Assembly (NCBI GenBank): GCA_963743775.1
Contig: CAVURA010000014.1
Location: 129,758-193,757 of the forward strand
DNA from: an uncultured Bacteroidales bacterium
GTDB lineage: Bacteria; Bacteroidota; Bacteroidia; Bacteroidales; VadinHA17
Length of the DNA stretch: 64,000 bases
Direction of reading: 5' to 3'
Below are positions 34,367 through 43,153 of the stretch, in pieces. The notes beneath the pieces were generated by a model that worked only from the letters and a program-made list of their open reading frames with translations, was not told the DNA's origin and did not search any database. The translations under genes were made by a program, and so were the position numbers. Each line of letters begins with the position of its first letter. Position 1 is the first letter of the stretch.

Positions 34367-35584
34367 ATGAAATATTTCATTTATTTAATCACCGCAATCC
34401 TTTCAGTTCTGTCAATTACAGGATGCAGCAGTGTCAGAAGTGACAGGGAAACGCCCTATGTGGTCATGGTCTCTCTTGATGCGTTCAGATGGGATTACGA
34501 TTCGATATACGGCACTCCTGTGCTCGATGATATCGCAGATAAGGGGGTGATGGCAGTGAGACTGATCCCTTCCTTTCCAACAAAAACATTCCCGAACCAC
34601 TATTCAATAGCAACCGGATTGTACCCTGATCATCACGGGCTTGTGAACAACAGTTTTTATGCTCCTGACCTTGATCTTGTTTACAGGATAGGAGACAGGG
34701 CCATGGTTTCAAACGGTGCTTTTTACGGCGGTGAACCTGTCTGGATCACTGCCCGCAAGGCCGGCCTGAAGACGGCATCGTTCTACTGGGTAGGTTCCGA
34801 GGCACCGATAATGGGCATGCAGCCTGATTTCTGGAAGCCTTTTGATGAGGAGGTGCCTTTCAGCGACCGCGTTGACACAGTGCTTGCCTGGCTTTCCCTG
34901 CCTGAGCGGAAAAGGCCTCACCTGGTGACCCTCTATTTTGAAGAACCTGACGCTGTCAGCCATGTGTACGGCCCCCTGTCACCTGAGACAGGCGATGTGG
35001 TAAGAAGCCTCGACAGTCTCATGGGCAAGCTGCGCGAGGGGATCAGCAGGCTGCCTCAGGCAAAAAAAGTAAACCTGATAGTTCTCTCTGACCATGGCAT
35101 GACTGAGATTGATACTTCACGTTACAATTATATATTTGACACTCTTCCCCAGACAATGGTAAAACGAATTTATGGCGGATCTCCTGTCTGGGCTGTCGAG
35201 CCTGTGGAAGGAATGACTGACAGTGTCCTGTACTATCTTAATATTCAGAAAGGTATGAAAGCCTACCGGAGGGAAGAGCTGCCTGGTCACCTGCATTACG
35301 GGACCCATCCGCGAATACCGGCAGTGGTTCTCATTGCGGACCCGGGATGGGTAGCGGGAGTACGCCTGAAGCCTTCAGGTTACAACAGGGGCGATCATGG
35401 ATATGATTGGAAATTCCGCGATATGCACTCAATATTCTATGCAGAAGGCCCAGCCTTCAAAAAGGGCTTTGCGGTTGATACGCTGTACAACGTAGATGTT
35501 TATAATGTTATCTCGAAGATACTGAACCTCACCCCTGCGCCAAACGACGGCAACAGGGAGAGGATCTCACCTCTTTTCAGGTGA
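34367..35584 (+). CDS. Ectonucleotide pyrophosphatase/phosphodiesterase (alkaline-phosphatase superfamily) lipoprotein
   Basis: Lipobox LSITGC. SLDAFRWDY, FPTKTFPNHYSIATGLYP (nucleophile Thr), SDHGM and GDHGYD motifs. Confidence 0.85.
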   Translation: MKYFIYLITAILSVLSITGCSSVRSDRETPYVVMVSLDAFRWDYDSIYGTPVLDDIADKGVMAVRLIPSFPTKTFPNHYSIATGLYPDHHGLVNNSFYAPDLDLVYRIGDRAMVSNGAFYGGEPVWITARKAGLKTASFYWVGSEAPIMGMQPDFWKPFDEEVPFSDRVDTVLAWLSLPERKRPHLVTLYFEEPDAVSHVYGPLSPETGDVVRSLDSLMGKLREGISRLPQAKKVNLIVLSDHGMTEIDTSRYNYIFDTLPQTMVKRIYGGSPVWAVEPVEGMTDSVLYYLNIQKGMKAYRREELPGHLHYGTHPRIPAVVLIADPGWVAGVRLKPSGYNRGDHGYDWKFRDMHSIFYAEGPAFKKGFAVDTLYNVDVYNVISKILNLTPAPNDGNRERISPLFR

Positions 35585-36520
35585 CCCCGGGTTGGCAAAG
35601 TCGATATTCCTTTTGATCATCTTAAAGCCGGTACGCTTTATCGGCGATGACTTGAACAGTCTTTTAAAATCATCCGGTGTCATTGCCTGCCACTCCTTTC
35701 GGGTCAGCTGGGTGACAGGGTATTCAGGGACGAGCTCCCTGTCTGTGTAATGCACCGCTTTTTTGTTCCACGGACATACTTCCTGGCAGCGGTCACAGCC
35801 GAAAATTATATTTTCAGTTTTGCCTCTTAATTCTTCCGGCAAATCCCCTTCATACTCGATCGTCAGGTAGGATATGCACCGGCGTGCATCGATCGTACGG
35901 TTATCGCAAATGGCACCTGTGGGACATGCTTTTATGCAGAGGTCACAGTCACCGCAGCGGTCACGTGACGAAGCGTTTTCATATAAAAATTCTGCCGAAG
36001 TGACAATCTCACCCAGAAAGATGAATGAACCCAGCTCTTTGTTTATGACAAGGCTGTTGCGTCCGCGCCATCCAAGTCCTGCACGTATGGCCCATGCCTT
36101 TTCAGTCACCGGTCCGGCATCACAGAAAGCCCGGCATGCGGCGCCCGGCACGTCTTTCTTAATCACCTTAATGACGCGCTCAAGCTTTTCTTCGACTACC
36201 ACGTGATAGTCCTTTACCCTCGAGTAGCGGCTTACGAAATAATTATCTCTTCCGGCAGAGGGGTCGTTGCTGTAGTAACGCAGGCCCGCCACAATCACCG
36301 ATTTTGCGCCCTCAACCAGTGAGGTTATATCACCGCGTTTATCGAGGTTCCTTTCCAGGAATTTCATGGTGCCGTTCTTCCCAGCAGCGATCCATTCACT
36401 TATATGCTGACTGTCTTCATGATGCGAAGAGGCCGGTGCGATGCCGATAATATCAAAGCCTTCAGAACGAAGCGCTTCGTGAACCTTCCATGTAAGGGCT
36501 ATTTTACGGGCATCGGTCAT
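35567..36520 (-). CDS. queG: tRNA epoxyqueuosine(34) reductase
   Basis: Two ferredoxin-type clusters (CGDCDLCIKACPTGAI and GCDRCQEVCPWN). CISYLTIE motif. Confidence 0.85.
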   Translation of the reverse strand: MTDARKIALTWKVHEALRSEGFDIIGIAPASSHHEDSQHISEWIAAGKNGTMKFLERNLDKRGDITSLVEGAKSVIVAGLRYYSNDPSAGRDNYFVSRYSRVKDYHVVVEEKLERVIKVIKKDVPGAACRAFCDAGPVTEKAWAIRAGLGWRGRNSLVINKELGSFIFLGEIVTSAEFLYENASSRDRCGDCDLCIKACPTGAICDNRTIDARRCISYLTIEYEGDLPEELRGKTENIIFGCDRCQEVCPWNKKAVHYTDRELVPEYPVTQLTRKEWQAMTPDDFKRLFKSSPIKRTGFKMIKRNIDFANPGSPEKR

Positions 36521-36530
36521 AGTTCAGATC

Positions 36531-36851
36531 TTAAAGAAATCCCAGTTCAAGTTTTGCTTCATCAGTAAGCATGCTGCGGTCCCATGGGGGATTGAAAGTA
36601 AGGGTCAGGTCACACTCTGTAACCCCTTTTGTACCTGCCACTTTATATTTGACCTCCTCCACGAGATCCTCAGCCATAGGACAATTCGGTGCGGTAAGCG
36701 TCATTGTAATATGTGCCTTCTGCTCCTCATCGACCCTGACTTCGTAGATCAGGCCGAGATCATAAATATTCACCGGAATCTCGGGATCAAAAATGCTTTT
36801 CAGCACTCCCACTATCCTTGCTTCGGTCTCCTGTATCTCCTGGGTGTTCAT
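36531..36851 (-). CDS. sufT: SUF-associated DUF59 (SufT-like) Fe-S assembly protein
   Basis: DPEIPVNIYDLGLIY and TLTAPNCP motifs. Overlaps sufE by 4 nt. Confidence 0.8.
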   Translation of the reverse strand: MNTQEIQETEARIVGVLKSIFDPEIPVNIYDLGLIYEVRVDEEQKAHITMTLTAPNCPMAEDLVEEVKYKVAGTKGVTECDLTLTFNPPWDRSMLTDEAKLELGFL

Positions 36852-37282
36852 GAGTGTTCCTGTTTTGATTTGTATGCCAGCGCATAGAGCCTCATCTGTT
36901 TCATCATTGAAAGCAGCCCGTTGGAACGGGTGGGCGAAAGGTTTTGTTTAAGCCCTATCCGGTCGATGAAATAAATGTCGGCGCTGATAATTTCATCCGG
37001 CGTGCGCCCTGAAAAGACCCTGACAAGCAATGCCACTATCCCACGGGTGATCAGTGCATCACTGTCGGCTGTAAATGTTATCACACCATTGTCGAGTGAA
37101 GGATAGAGCCACACCTTGCTCTGACAGCCTTCTATAAGGAAGTCAGGGACCTTGTGAGCTACATCGAAGGGAGGAAGTGTCCTTCCCATATCGATGAGAA
37201 ACTCATACCTCTCCATCCAGTCGGCAAAGGCTGAAAATTCATCAATGATCTGATCCTGTATTTCGTTTATTGTCATACTCAT
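36848..37282 (-). CDS. sufE: SufE-family sulfur acceptor
   Basis: Size and position between sufS and sufT. IEGCQSKVW motif with the persulfide Cys. Confidence 0.8.
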   Translation of the reverse strand: MSMTINEIQDQIIDEFSAFADWMERYEFLIDMGRTLPPFDVAHKVPDFLIEGCQSKVWLYPSLDNGVITFTADSDALITRGIVALLVRVFSGRTPDEIISADIYFIDRIGLKQNLSPTRSNGLLSMMKQMRLYALAYKSKQEHS

Positions 37283-37286
37283 ACTT

Positions 37287-38513
37287 TCAGGCGAACATCT
37301 CCGTCACTTTTATCACTCCTTTTACCAGTTTTTCTATCTCTTCGCCGGTATTGTAGAATGCTATAGAAGCCCTTATTGTGCCTGTGATGCCGTAGCGGGT
37401 CATCACCGGCTGGGCGCAGTGCGTTCCGGTTCTTACCGCAATACCCATCTTGTCAAGAATCATGCCGGCATCATACGGATGTATTGTTCCCGGGAGGAAC
37501 GATACCACAGAGACTTTCTGAGGGGCGGTACCGTAGATACGAACGCCACCTACTGATAATAGACCGCTTGTTGCTTCAGCCAGGAGAGCCTGCTCCCTTT
37601 CGGCTATCGCCTCACGGCCAAGCTCCGAGACATAATCGAGCGCTGTCGCGAGACCTATCGCCCCGGTGAAATTAGTCGTTCCTGCTTCGAACTTAAAGGG
37701 CAGCTCATTGTAAGTTGTCTTTTCAAAGGTGACATTGGCGACCATGTCACCACCACCCTGGTATGGAGGTATCTCGTTGAGCCATTTCTCCTTGCCGTAA
37801 AGCACCCCGATGCCATTGGGTCCGTAGATCTTGTGTCCTGAAAAAACGAAAAAATCACAATCCATGTCGGCCACATCGACAATGCCGTGCTGAATGATCT
37901 GGGCACCGTCGATCAGAACAGGCACCTCATGACGGTGTGCTTCCGCGATGATCTCCTTAACAGGGTTTACCGTACCAAGTACGTTTGAGGCATATGTGAC
38001 GGCAACAATACGTGTCCGTTCAGTAAACATGCCGCGGTAGGCATCCATATCGAGCACCCCCTGATCCGAAAAGGGGATGACCCTCAGCTTTGCACTCTTC
38101 CTTTCGCACAGCATCTGCCATGGGACAATATTGGCATGATGTTCCATGCCGCTGATGATTATCTCATCATCCTTATGAACGAATCTTTCACCGAAGGAAA
38201 AAGCTACTGCATTAATTGCGGATGTAGTGCCGGCAGTGAATATTACCTCCTCTTTTTTTGGTGCACTGATGAATGCTCTTACAGTCTCACGGGCGGCCTC
38301 GTAGCGATCAGAGACAAGATCAGAGAGGTAATGCACTCCGCGGTGTACGTTGGCGTTGGCTGTCCGGTACAGCTCATCCATCATCCTCAGGACCTGAACC
38401 GGCTTCTGGGTGGTGGCGCCGTTATCGAGGTAAACCAGCGGCTTACCGTTGGCTTTTACCGACAGAATCGGGAACTCCGAACGTATCTCATCTATGCTTC
38501 GCGGGAGCTTCAT
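37287..38513 (-). CDS. sufS: Cysteine desulfurase SufS (group II)
   Basis: YLDNGATTQKP, HANIVPW, SGHKIYGPNGIGVLYG (PLP Lys) and RTGTHCAQP (catalytic Cys) motifs. Confidence 0.9.
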   Translation of the reverse strand: MKLPRSIDEIRSEFPILSVKANGKPLVYLDNGATTQKPVQVLRMMDELYRTANANVHRGVHYLSDLVSDRYEAARETVRAFISAPKKEEVIFTAGTTSAINAVAFSFGERFVHKDDEIIISGMEHHANIVPWQMLCERKSAKLRVIPFSDQGVLDMDAYRGMFTERTRIVAVTYASNVLGTVNPVKEIIAEAHRHEVPVLIDGAQIIQHGIVDVADMDCDFFVFSGHKIYGPNGIGVLYGKEKWLNEIPPYQGGGDMVANVTFEKTTYNELPFKFEAGTTNFTGAIGLATALDYVSELGREAIAEREQALLAEATSGLLSVGGVRIYGTAPQKVSVVSFLPGTIHPYDAGMILDKMGIAVRTGTHCAQPVMTRYGITGTIRASIAFYNTGEEIEKLVKGVIKVTEMFA

Positions 38514-38521
38514 GTTACCGG

Positions 38522-39880
38522 TCAGTTACACTGTATGGCGCAGGAGGCGCAGCGCGAAAGTTCACCGCGAAGTCGCTGCAGGACAAGATTGTCAATGCGG
38601 TCACGCAAAGCTTCCAGGGGAATATTCTGTATCACCTCGTGGGCGAAGCCAAACATAAGCATCAGTCTTGCCTCACGCGCATCTATGCCCCGTGAACGCA
38701 GGTAGAACAGGGCATTCTCATCAAGCTGGCCTACCGTTGCCCCGTGACTGCATTTCACATCATCGGCAAAGATCTCAAGCTGAGGCTTGGTGTCCATTTT
38801 GGCGCTGTCTGACATAATGATGTTGTTGTTGCGCTGAAATGCATTGGTTCCCTGAGCAGTCTTATGCACCATGATGCGGCCGTTGAATGCTCCTGTCGAG
38901 TTGTCATCAAGCACACCCTTGAAGAGCTGCGTGCTGTTACAGTTTGGGGCCACATGGTCCACGTTGACAAAATTGCCAACATGCTGATGCTTGTCGGCCA
39001 GGAAGAGGCCGTAGGAGTGTGTCTCCCCGTTCTCACCTGCCAGGTAGTGCCAGGTGGCATTGCGTACCAGGCCGCCATGAAGGGTGATGTTGTTTGATGA
39101 TGCATAGCTGTCACGCTCCTGGTGAATAAAGGTATGCGTGATCTTACCCGAGTTGTTGTGCTGGTTCTGCACCCTTACGATATCAAAGCGTGCATTGCAT
39201 CCTACATAAACTTCCGTGATGGTGTTCGTGAGGAAATGCTGTGGGGAGATGGCATGATCGCAAACAAGCAGTGAGAGCTGTGCGCCGTCCTCCACAACTA
39301 CCAGGTTACGGTCCTGAACAAAGATATCCTTGTCGGAGTGAAGCAGGTTGACTATCTGTATGGGTTTCGTATAGACTGTGTGCTTCGGTGCGTAAATAAA
39401 CAGCCCGTCGGAGGCCAGGGCAGTGTTCAGTGGCACCAGTCCGTCTTTTGCGTTATCGACATATTTGTTGTAATGCTTTTCCACAAGTGCCGGGAACTGT
39501 CTGACGGCAGACTTCATGCTGCCGACCCATATACCTCCGGGAAGCATAACCAGACCCTTTTCGCTGTTCGGGAAGAAACCGTTTAGCAGGACCATGTTCC
39601 ATACGTCCAGATCCTCCACTTCGCAGTGGAACTTCTCGGCTTCAGTGAAGTCGGCAGGCACGGGAGAATAGTAATCCTGGTAATTGTAACCGAGAAAGGT
39701 TTCGAGATTGGTATATTTATATGCCTCGTTCTTCCTGTCAGGAATGCCAAGACGTTTGAACTCCTCAAAGGCATCCTCGCGGTATCTGTTGAACAGCTCC
39801 GGGGAATCTTTCAGGAAGCTCTCCAGGCTGTCAGCATACAGCGCTGACATTTTACTTATCACTTCCGGTCTGTAGTCCAT
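38522..39880 (-). CDS. sufD: Fe-S cluster assembly protein SufD
   Basis: Beta-helix family member. C-terminal KCSHGATVGQLDE...LFYLRSRGI motif. The start could be the downstream ATG at 39850. Confidence 0.85.
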   Translation of the reverse strand: MDYRPEVISKMSALYADSLESFLKDSPELFNRYREDAFEEFKRLGIPDRKNEAYKYTNLETFLGYNYQDYYSPVPADFTEAEKFHCEVEDLDVWNMVLLNGFFPNSEKGLVMLPGGIWVGSMKSAVRQFPALVEKHYNKYVDNAKDGLVPLNTALASDGLFIYAPKHTVYTKPIQIVNLLHSDKDIFVQDRNLVVVEDGAQLSLLVCDHAISPQHFLTNTITEVYVGCNARFDIVRVQNQHNNSGKITHTFIHQERDSYASSNNITLHGGLVRNATWHYLAGENGETHSYGLFLADKHQHVGNFVNVDHVAPNCNSTQLFKGVLDDNSTGAFNGRIMVHKTAQGTNAFQRNNNIIMSDSAKMDTKPQLEIFADDVKCSHGATVGQLDENALFYLRSRGIDAREARLMLMFGFAHEVIQNIPLEALRDRIDNLVLQRLRGELSRCASCAIQCN

Positions 39881-40656
39881 GACTCTTCGCTTACATCAGC
39901 TTCTTTTCTTATCCAGTCATATCCCCGCTCTTCAAGCTCGAGGGCAAGTTCAGGTCCGGCTGATTTGACAATGCGCCCGTCATACATCACATGAACAAAA
40001 TCAGGCACAATATAGTCAAGCAGTCTCTGGTAATGTGTTATCACGATAACCGAGGTGTCAGGCCTCCGTATCTTGTTCACACCGTTGGCGACGATGCGCA
40101 GTGCGTCGATGTCGAGTCCCGAGTCCGTCTCATCAAGGAGAGCCAGTCGGGGCTCAAGCATTGCCATCTGGAAGATCTCATTCTTCTTTTTCTCCCCACC
40201 TGAAAACCCTTCATTGACACTTCTGTTGGTGAGGGCTGAGTCTATCTCCACCAGCTCTTTCTTTTCGCGCATAAGACGCAGAAAATCAGAGGCTGACAGG
40301 GGCTCAAGGCCGTTGTGTTTACGTTGTTCATTGACGGCTGTCTTCATGAAGTTAACCATGCTTACGCCGGGGATTTCAATAGGATACTGAAACGAAAGGA
40401 AGATGCCATCGCGGGCTCTCTCCTCAGGAGACATTTCCAGAAGGTTATGCCCGTCGTAAGTGACCGAGCCATGAGTAACAGTTGCTATCTCACGTCCTGT
40501 CAGTACGTTGGCCAGCGTGCTCTTGCCGCTGCCGTTGGGACCCATGATGGCATGTATCTCGCCGGGCCCGACCTCAAGGTTCAGACCTTTGAGGATTTCC
40601 TTTGTATCAATAGAGGCTCTGAGTTCTTTTATCTCCAGTAAAAAGTTGTTTTTCAT
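39859..40656 (-). CDS. sufC: Fe-S cluster assembly ATPase SufC
   Basis: Walker A GPNGSGKST, ABC signature FSGGEKK, Walker B LALLDETDSGLD. Confidence 0.9.
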   Translation of the reverse strand: MKNNFLLEIKELRASIDTKEILKGLNLEVGPGEIHAIMGPNGSGKSTLANVLTGREIATVTHGSVTYDGHNLLEMSPEERARDGIFLSFQYPIEIPGVSMVNFMKTAVNEQRKHNGLEPLSASDFLRLMREKKELVEIDSALTNRSVNEGFSGGEKKKNEIFQMAMLEPRLALLDETDSGLDIDALRIVANGVNKIRRPDTSVIVITHYQRLLDYIVPDFVHVMYDGRIVKSAGPELALELEERGYDWIRKEADVSEESWTTDRK

Positions 40657-40679
40657 ATTATCTGTAATGTAAATTCATT

Positions 40680-42128
40680 TTAACCGACGCTGCCTTCAAG
40701 GCTTATCTGCAGGAGCTTCTGTGCCTCCACGGCAAATTCCATGGGCAGCTTGTTCAGCACCTCGCGGGCATAACCGTTGACAATAAGTCCGATAGCATCT
40801 TCGGTGGATATGCCACGCTGGTTGCAGTAAAAGATCTGATCTTCACCTATGCGTGAGGTGGTTGCTTCATGTTCGACTATCGCTGTAGGGTTGTCAACCT
40901 CGATATAAGGAAAGGTGTGTGCTCCGCAATTTTGGCCAAGGAGCAGGGAATCGCACTGTGAAAAATTGCGTGCACCTTCTGCCTTGCCCAGTACCTTGAC
41001 CAGTCCACGGTAACTGTTCTGCCCGAAGCCCGCTGAGATGCCTTTAGAAACGATTGTACTCCTTGTATTTTTCCCTATATGCATCATCTTGGTACCGGTG
41101 TCAGCCTGCTGGTGATTATTGGTCACGGCAACCGAGTAAAATTCACCTACACTGTTATCTCCACGCAGTATGCATGAAGGGTATTTCCAGGTTATGGCTG
41201 AACCTGTCTCAACCTGTGTCCACGATATTTTGGAATCATCTCCCTTGCACATACCCCTTTTTGTCACGAAGTTCAGAATGCCGCCTTTCCCATCCTTGTC
41301 GCCAGGGTACCAGTTCTGCACCGTACTGTATTTGACTTCGGCGCCACGTTCGGCAACTATCTCCACCACGGCGGCATGAAGCTGGTTCTCATCGCGCATA
41401 GGAGCCGTGCAGCCCTCGAGGTAACTCACATAAGCCTCCTCGTCAGCTATGAGCAATGTACGCTCGAACTGTCCGGTGTTGGAGGCATTGATGCGGAAGT
41501 AGGTCGACAGCTCCATAGGACACCTGACGCCTTTGGGTATATAACAGAATGAACCGTCAGAGAAAACGGCCGAGTTGAGTGTTGCGAAGAAGTTGTCAGT
41601 ATAGGGAACCACCGATGCGAGGTATTTCTGCACAAGCGACGGGTGTTCTTTCACGGCTTCCGAAAAAGAGCAGAAGATGATTCCCATCTCTGCCAGTGTC
41701 TCGCGGAAGGTGGTCTTCACTGAGATGGAGTCCATCACTGCATCGACGGCAACGCCTGTCAGATGCTTCTGTTCTTCAAGCGGGATGCCAAGCTTGTTGA
41801 AGGTCTTGATAAGTTCAGGATCAACGTCACTGAGACTTGAAGGAGCAATTTTCTGCCTCGGGGCAGCATAGAAGCTGATCTCCTGGTATTTTATTTCGGG
41901 TATCTTCAGGTTTGCCCATGCCGGCATCTTCATCGTCAGCCAGTGCCGGTAAGCCTTAAGGCGGAACTCGAGAAGCCATTCCGGCTCCTCTTTTTTAGAC
42001 GAAATGAGCCTTACCACATCCTCACTGAGACCTACGGGAATAACATCTGTCTCGATATCGGTTACAAACCCGAATTTGTATTCGCCCGATGTTACATCAC
42101 TTAGTAGTTTGTCCTGGTCGTTTTCCAT
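40680..42128 (-). CDS. sufB: Fe-S cluster assembly scaffold SufB
   Basis: Highly conserved SufB sequence ([32 protein letters not shown]...HEATTS...FYC). Confidence 0.9.
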   Translation of the reverse strand: MENDQDKLLSDVTSGEYKFGFVTDIETDVIPVGLSEDVVRLISSKKEEPEWLLEFRLKAYRHWLTMKMPAWANLKIPEIKYQEISFYAAPRQKIAPSSLSDVDPELIKTFNKLGIPLEEQKHLTGVAVDAVMDSISVKTTFRETLAEMGIIFCSFSEAVKEHPSLVQKYLASVVPYTDNFFATLNSAVFSDGSFCYIPKGVRCPMELSTYFRINASNTGQFERTLLIADEEAYVSYLEGCTAPMRDENQLHAAVVEIVAERGAEVKYSTVQNWYPGDKDGKGGILNFVTKRGMCKGDDSKISWTQVETGSAITWKYPSCILRGDNSVGEFYSVAVTNNHQQADTGTKMMHIGKNTRSTIVSKGISAGFGQNSYRGLVKVLGKAEGARNFSQCDSLLLGQNCGAHTFPYIEVDNPTAIVEHEATTSRIGEDQIFYCNQRGISTEDAIGLIVNGYAREVLNKLPMEFAVEAQKLLQISLEGSVG

Positions 42129-42162
42129 AAAATATGTTCTTCAACATGCATAAACATTCAAC

Positions 42163-42176
42163 AAGCATGCATGCTT
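42163..42176. promoter_or_regulatory. Perfect 14-nt palindrome in the sufB leader
   Basis: AAGCATGCATGCTT lies 35 nt upstream of the sufB ATG. Related caacATGCAt and GCAATTGC elements flank it. Confidence 0.35.
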
Positions 42177-42205
42177 AAAGTTCTATGCAATTGCTGCAAA
42201 TCGAA

Positions 42206-42213
42206 CAAAATTA
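42206..42213 (-). promoter_or_regulatory. Candidate -7 box (TAATTTTG) for the suf operon
   Basis: Exact TAnnTTTG 78 nt upstream of sufB. A second overlapping match, TATTTTTG, lies at 42216-42223. Confidence 0.3.
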
Positions 42214-42232
42214 CACAAAAATAGGGGAATAA

Positions 42233-42805
42233 TCAGGAGGGTCTGGCAGTAACAAAGTATTGCCATGGATTGAGCATGCCGTTTGTTTCAATTTTGAACC
42301 CTGCGGAAGCGATGTTGTTCATTGCTTCATTCAGACTTATGCGGTGTTCAACAGGAGGCCCCATAGGAGAATCGATATCTGCCCAATCGATGATAACCAG
42401 TGTGCCGTCAGGTTTGGTAATCCGTTTGAGTTCAGCCAGGTAGTTCTGACGTTTATCAAGCTCATGGAAAACAAAAGCCATGAAGGTCATATCTGCAGTG
42501 TGGTCCGGAAGTGGCAGGCTGTCAGGAGGCGTTAGCAATACCTCCAGGGTTGTGCCGGTTTCTTCGGCCTTAACGGCCAGGTGATCAAGCATCTCCTCGG
42601 AAATGTCGGTTGCAATGACCTGGCCGGAAGGGCCTGTGATAGAGGCTGCAGGAATGGAAAAATACCCGGCGCCTGCGCCTATATCGACCAATACCTGTCC
42701 CGGCTTCAGTCCAAGTTCGATAAGGGTTTCATACGGAGGAACAAGCTTTCTGCGCTCTGGATTATCAAGGCGTTGCAGATGTTGGGGATCGAAAATGTGC
42801 GGCAT
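42233..42805 (-). CDS. Class I SAM-dependent methyltransferase
   Basis: Starts at the ATG at 42805 (MPHIFDP...). Motif I is VLVDIGAGAGYF. The ORF-track N-terminal extension to 43027 is Cys/Arg/His-rich and overlaps a better small gene. Confidence 0.8.
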   Translation of the reverse strand: MPHIFDPQHLQRLDNPERRKLVPPYETLIELGLKPGQVLVDIGAGAGYFSIPAASITGPSGQVIATDISEEMLDHLAVKAEETGTTLEVLLTPPDSLPLPDHTADMTFMAFVFHELDKRQNYLAELKRITKPDGTLVIIDWADIDSPMGPPVEHRISLNEAMNNIASAGFKIETNGMLNPWQYFVTARPS

Positions 42806-42882
42806 TTTTATACTGTATTGAAATGATTCATTGGTCAGGGCAGGTCTCAGACCTGCCTCTGACATGATATAAACCACGAAAT

Positions 42883-43032
42883 CTACTTTTTGTTTATAAT
42901 CAATGCACCAATCACACCCGGCACCCATCCGCAAAGAGTGAGAAGGAACACGATAAGAACCGACCCGCATCCTTTGTCGATGACGGCAAGAGGAGGACAG
43001 ATGATGCAGACAAGTACGCGGAAGCAACCCAT
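42883..43032 (-). CDS. Pmp3/YqaE (UPF0057) family small membrane proteolipid, 49 aa, absent from the ORF track
   Basis: My translation is MGCFRVLVCIICPPLAVIDKGCGSVLIVFLLTLCGWVPGVIGALIINKK*. It has two TM helices and the family pattern PPLAV...G.....(L/I)N..LT(L/I).G(Y/W)(I/V)PG(I/V)I(H/G)A. Confidence 0.75.
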   Translation of the reverse strand: MGCFRVLVCIICPPLAVIDKGCGSVLIVFLLTLCGWVPGVIGALIINKK

Positions 43033-43130
43033 GGCTATTTGCGATTTGCGAATGTCGATTTTCGAGTCACTAATATACGAAATTTCACTATTGTTTATTT
43101 ATGCCCTCCCTTCAGTCTGACTGCGTCGTT

Positions 43131-43153
43131 AAAATGATCCACGGGATCATTTT
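43131..43153 (-). terminator. Hairpin at the 3' end of the M1 peptidase gene
   Basis: AAAATGATCC (43131-43140) pairs with GGATCATTTT (43144-43153) around a 3-nt loop, with A/T runs on both sides. It overlaps the stop codon. Confidence 0.45.

Noticed and set aside
42806-43027. N-terminal 74-aa extension of the methyltransferase ORF
   Set aside because: The extension is Cys/Arg/His/Ser-rich, has no methyltransferase homology and overlaps the Pmp3-like small gene in another frame. The canonical protein begins at MPHIFDP (42805).
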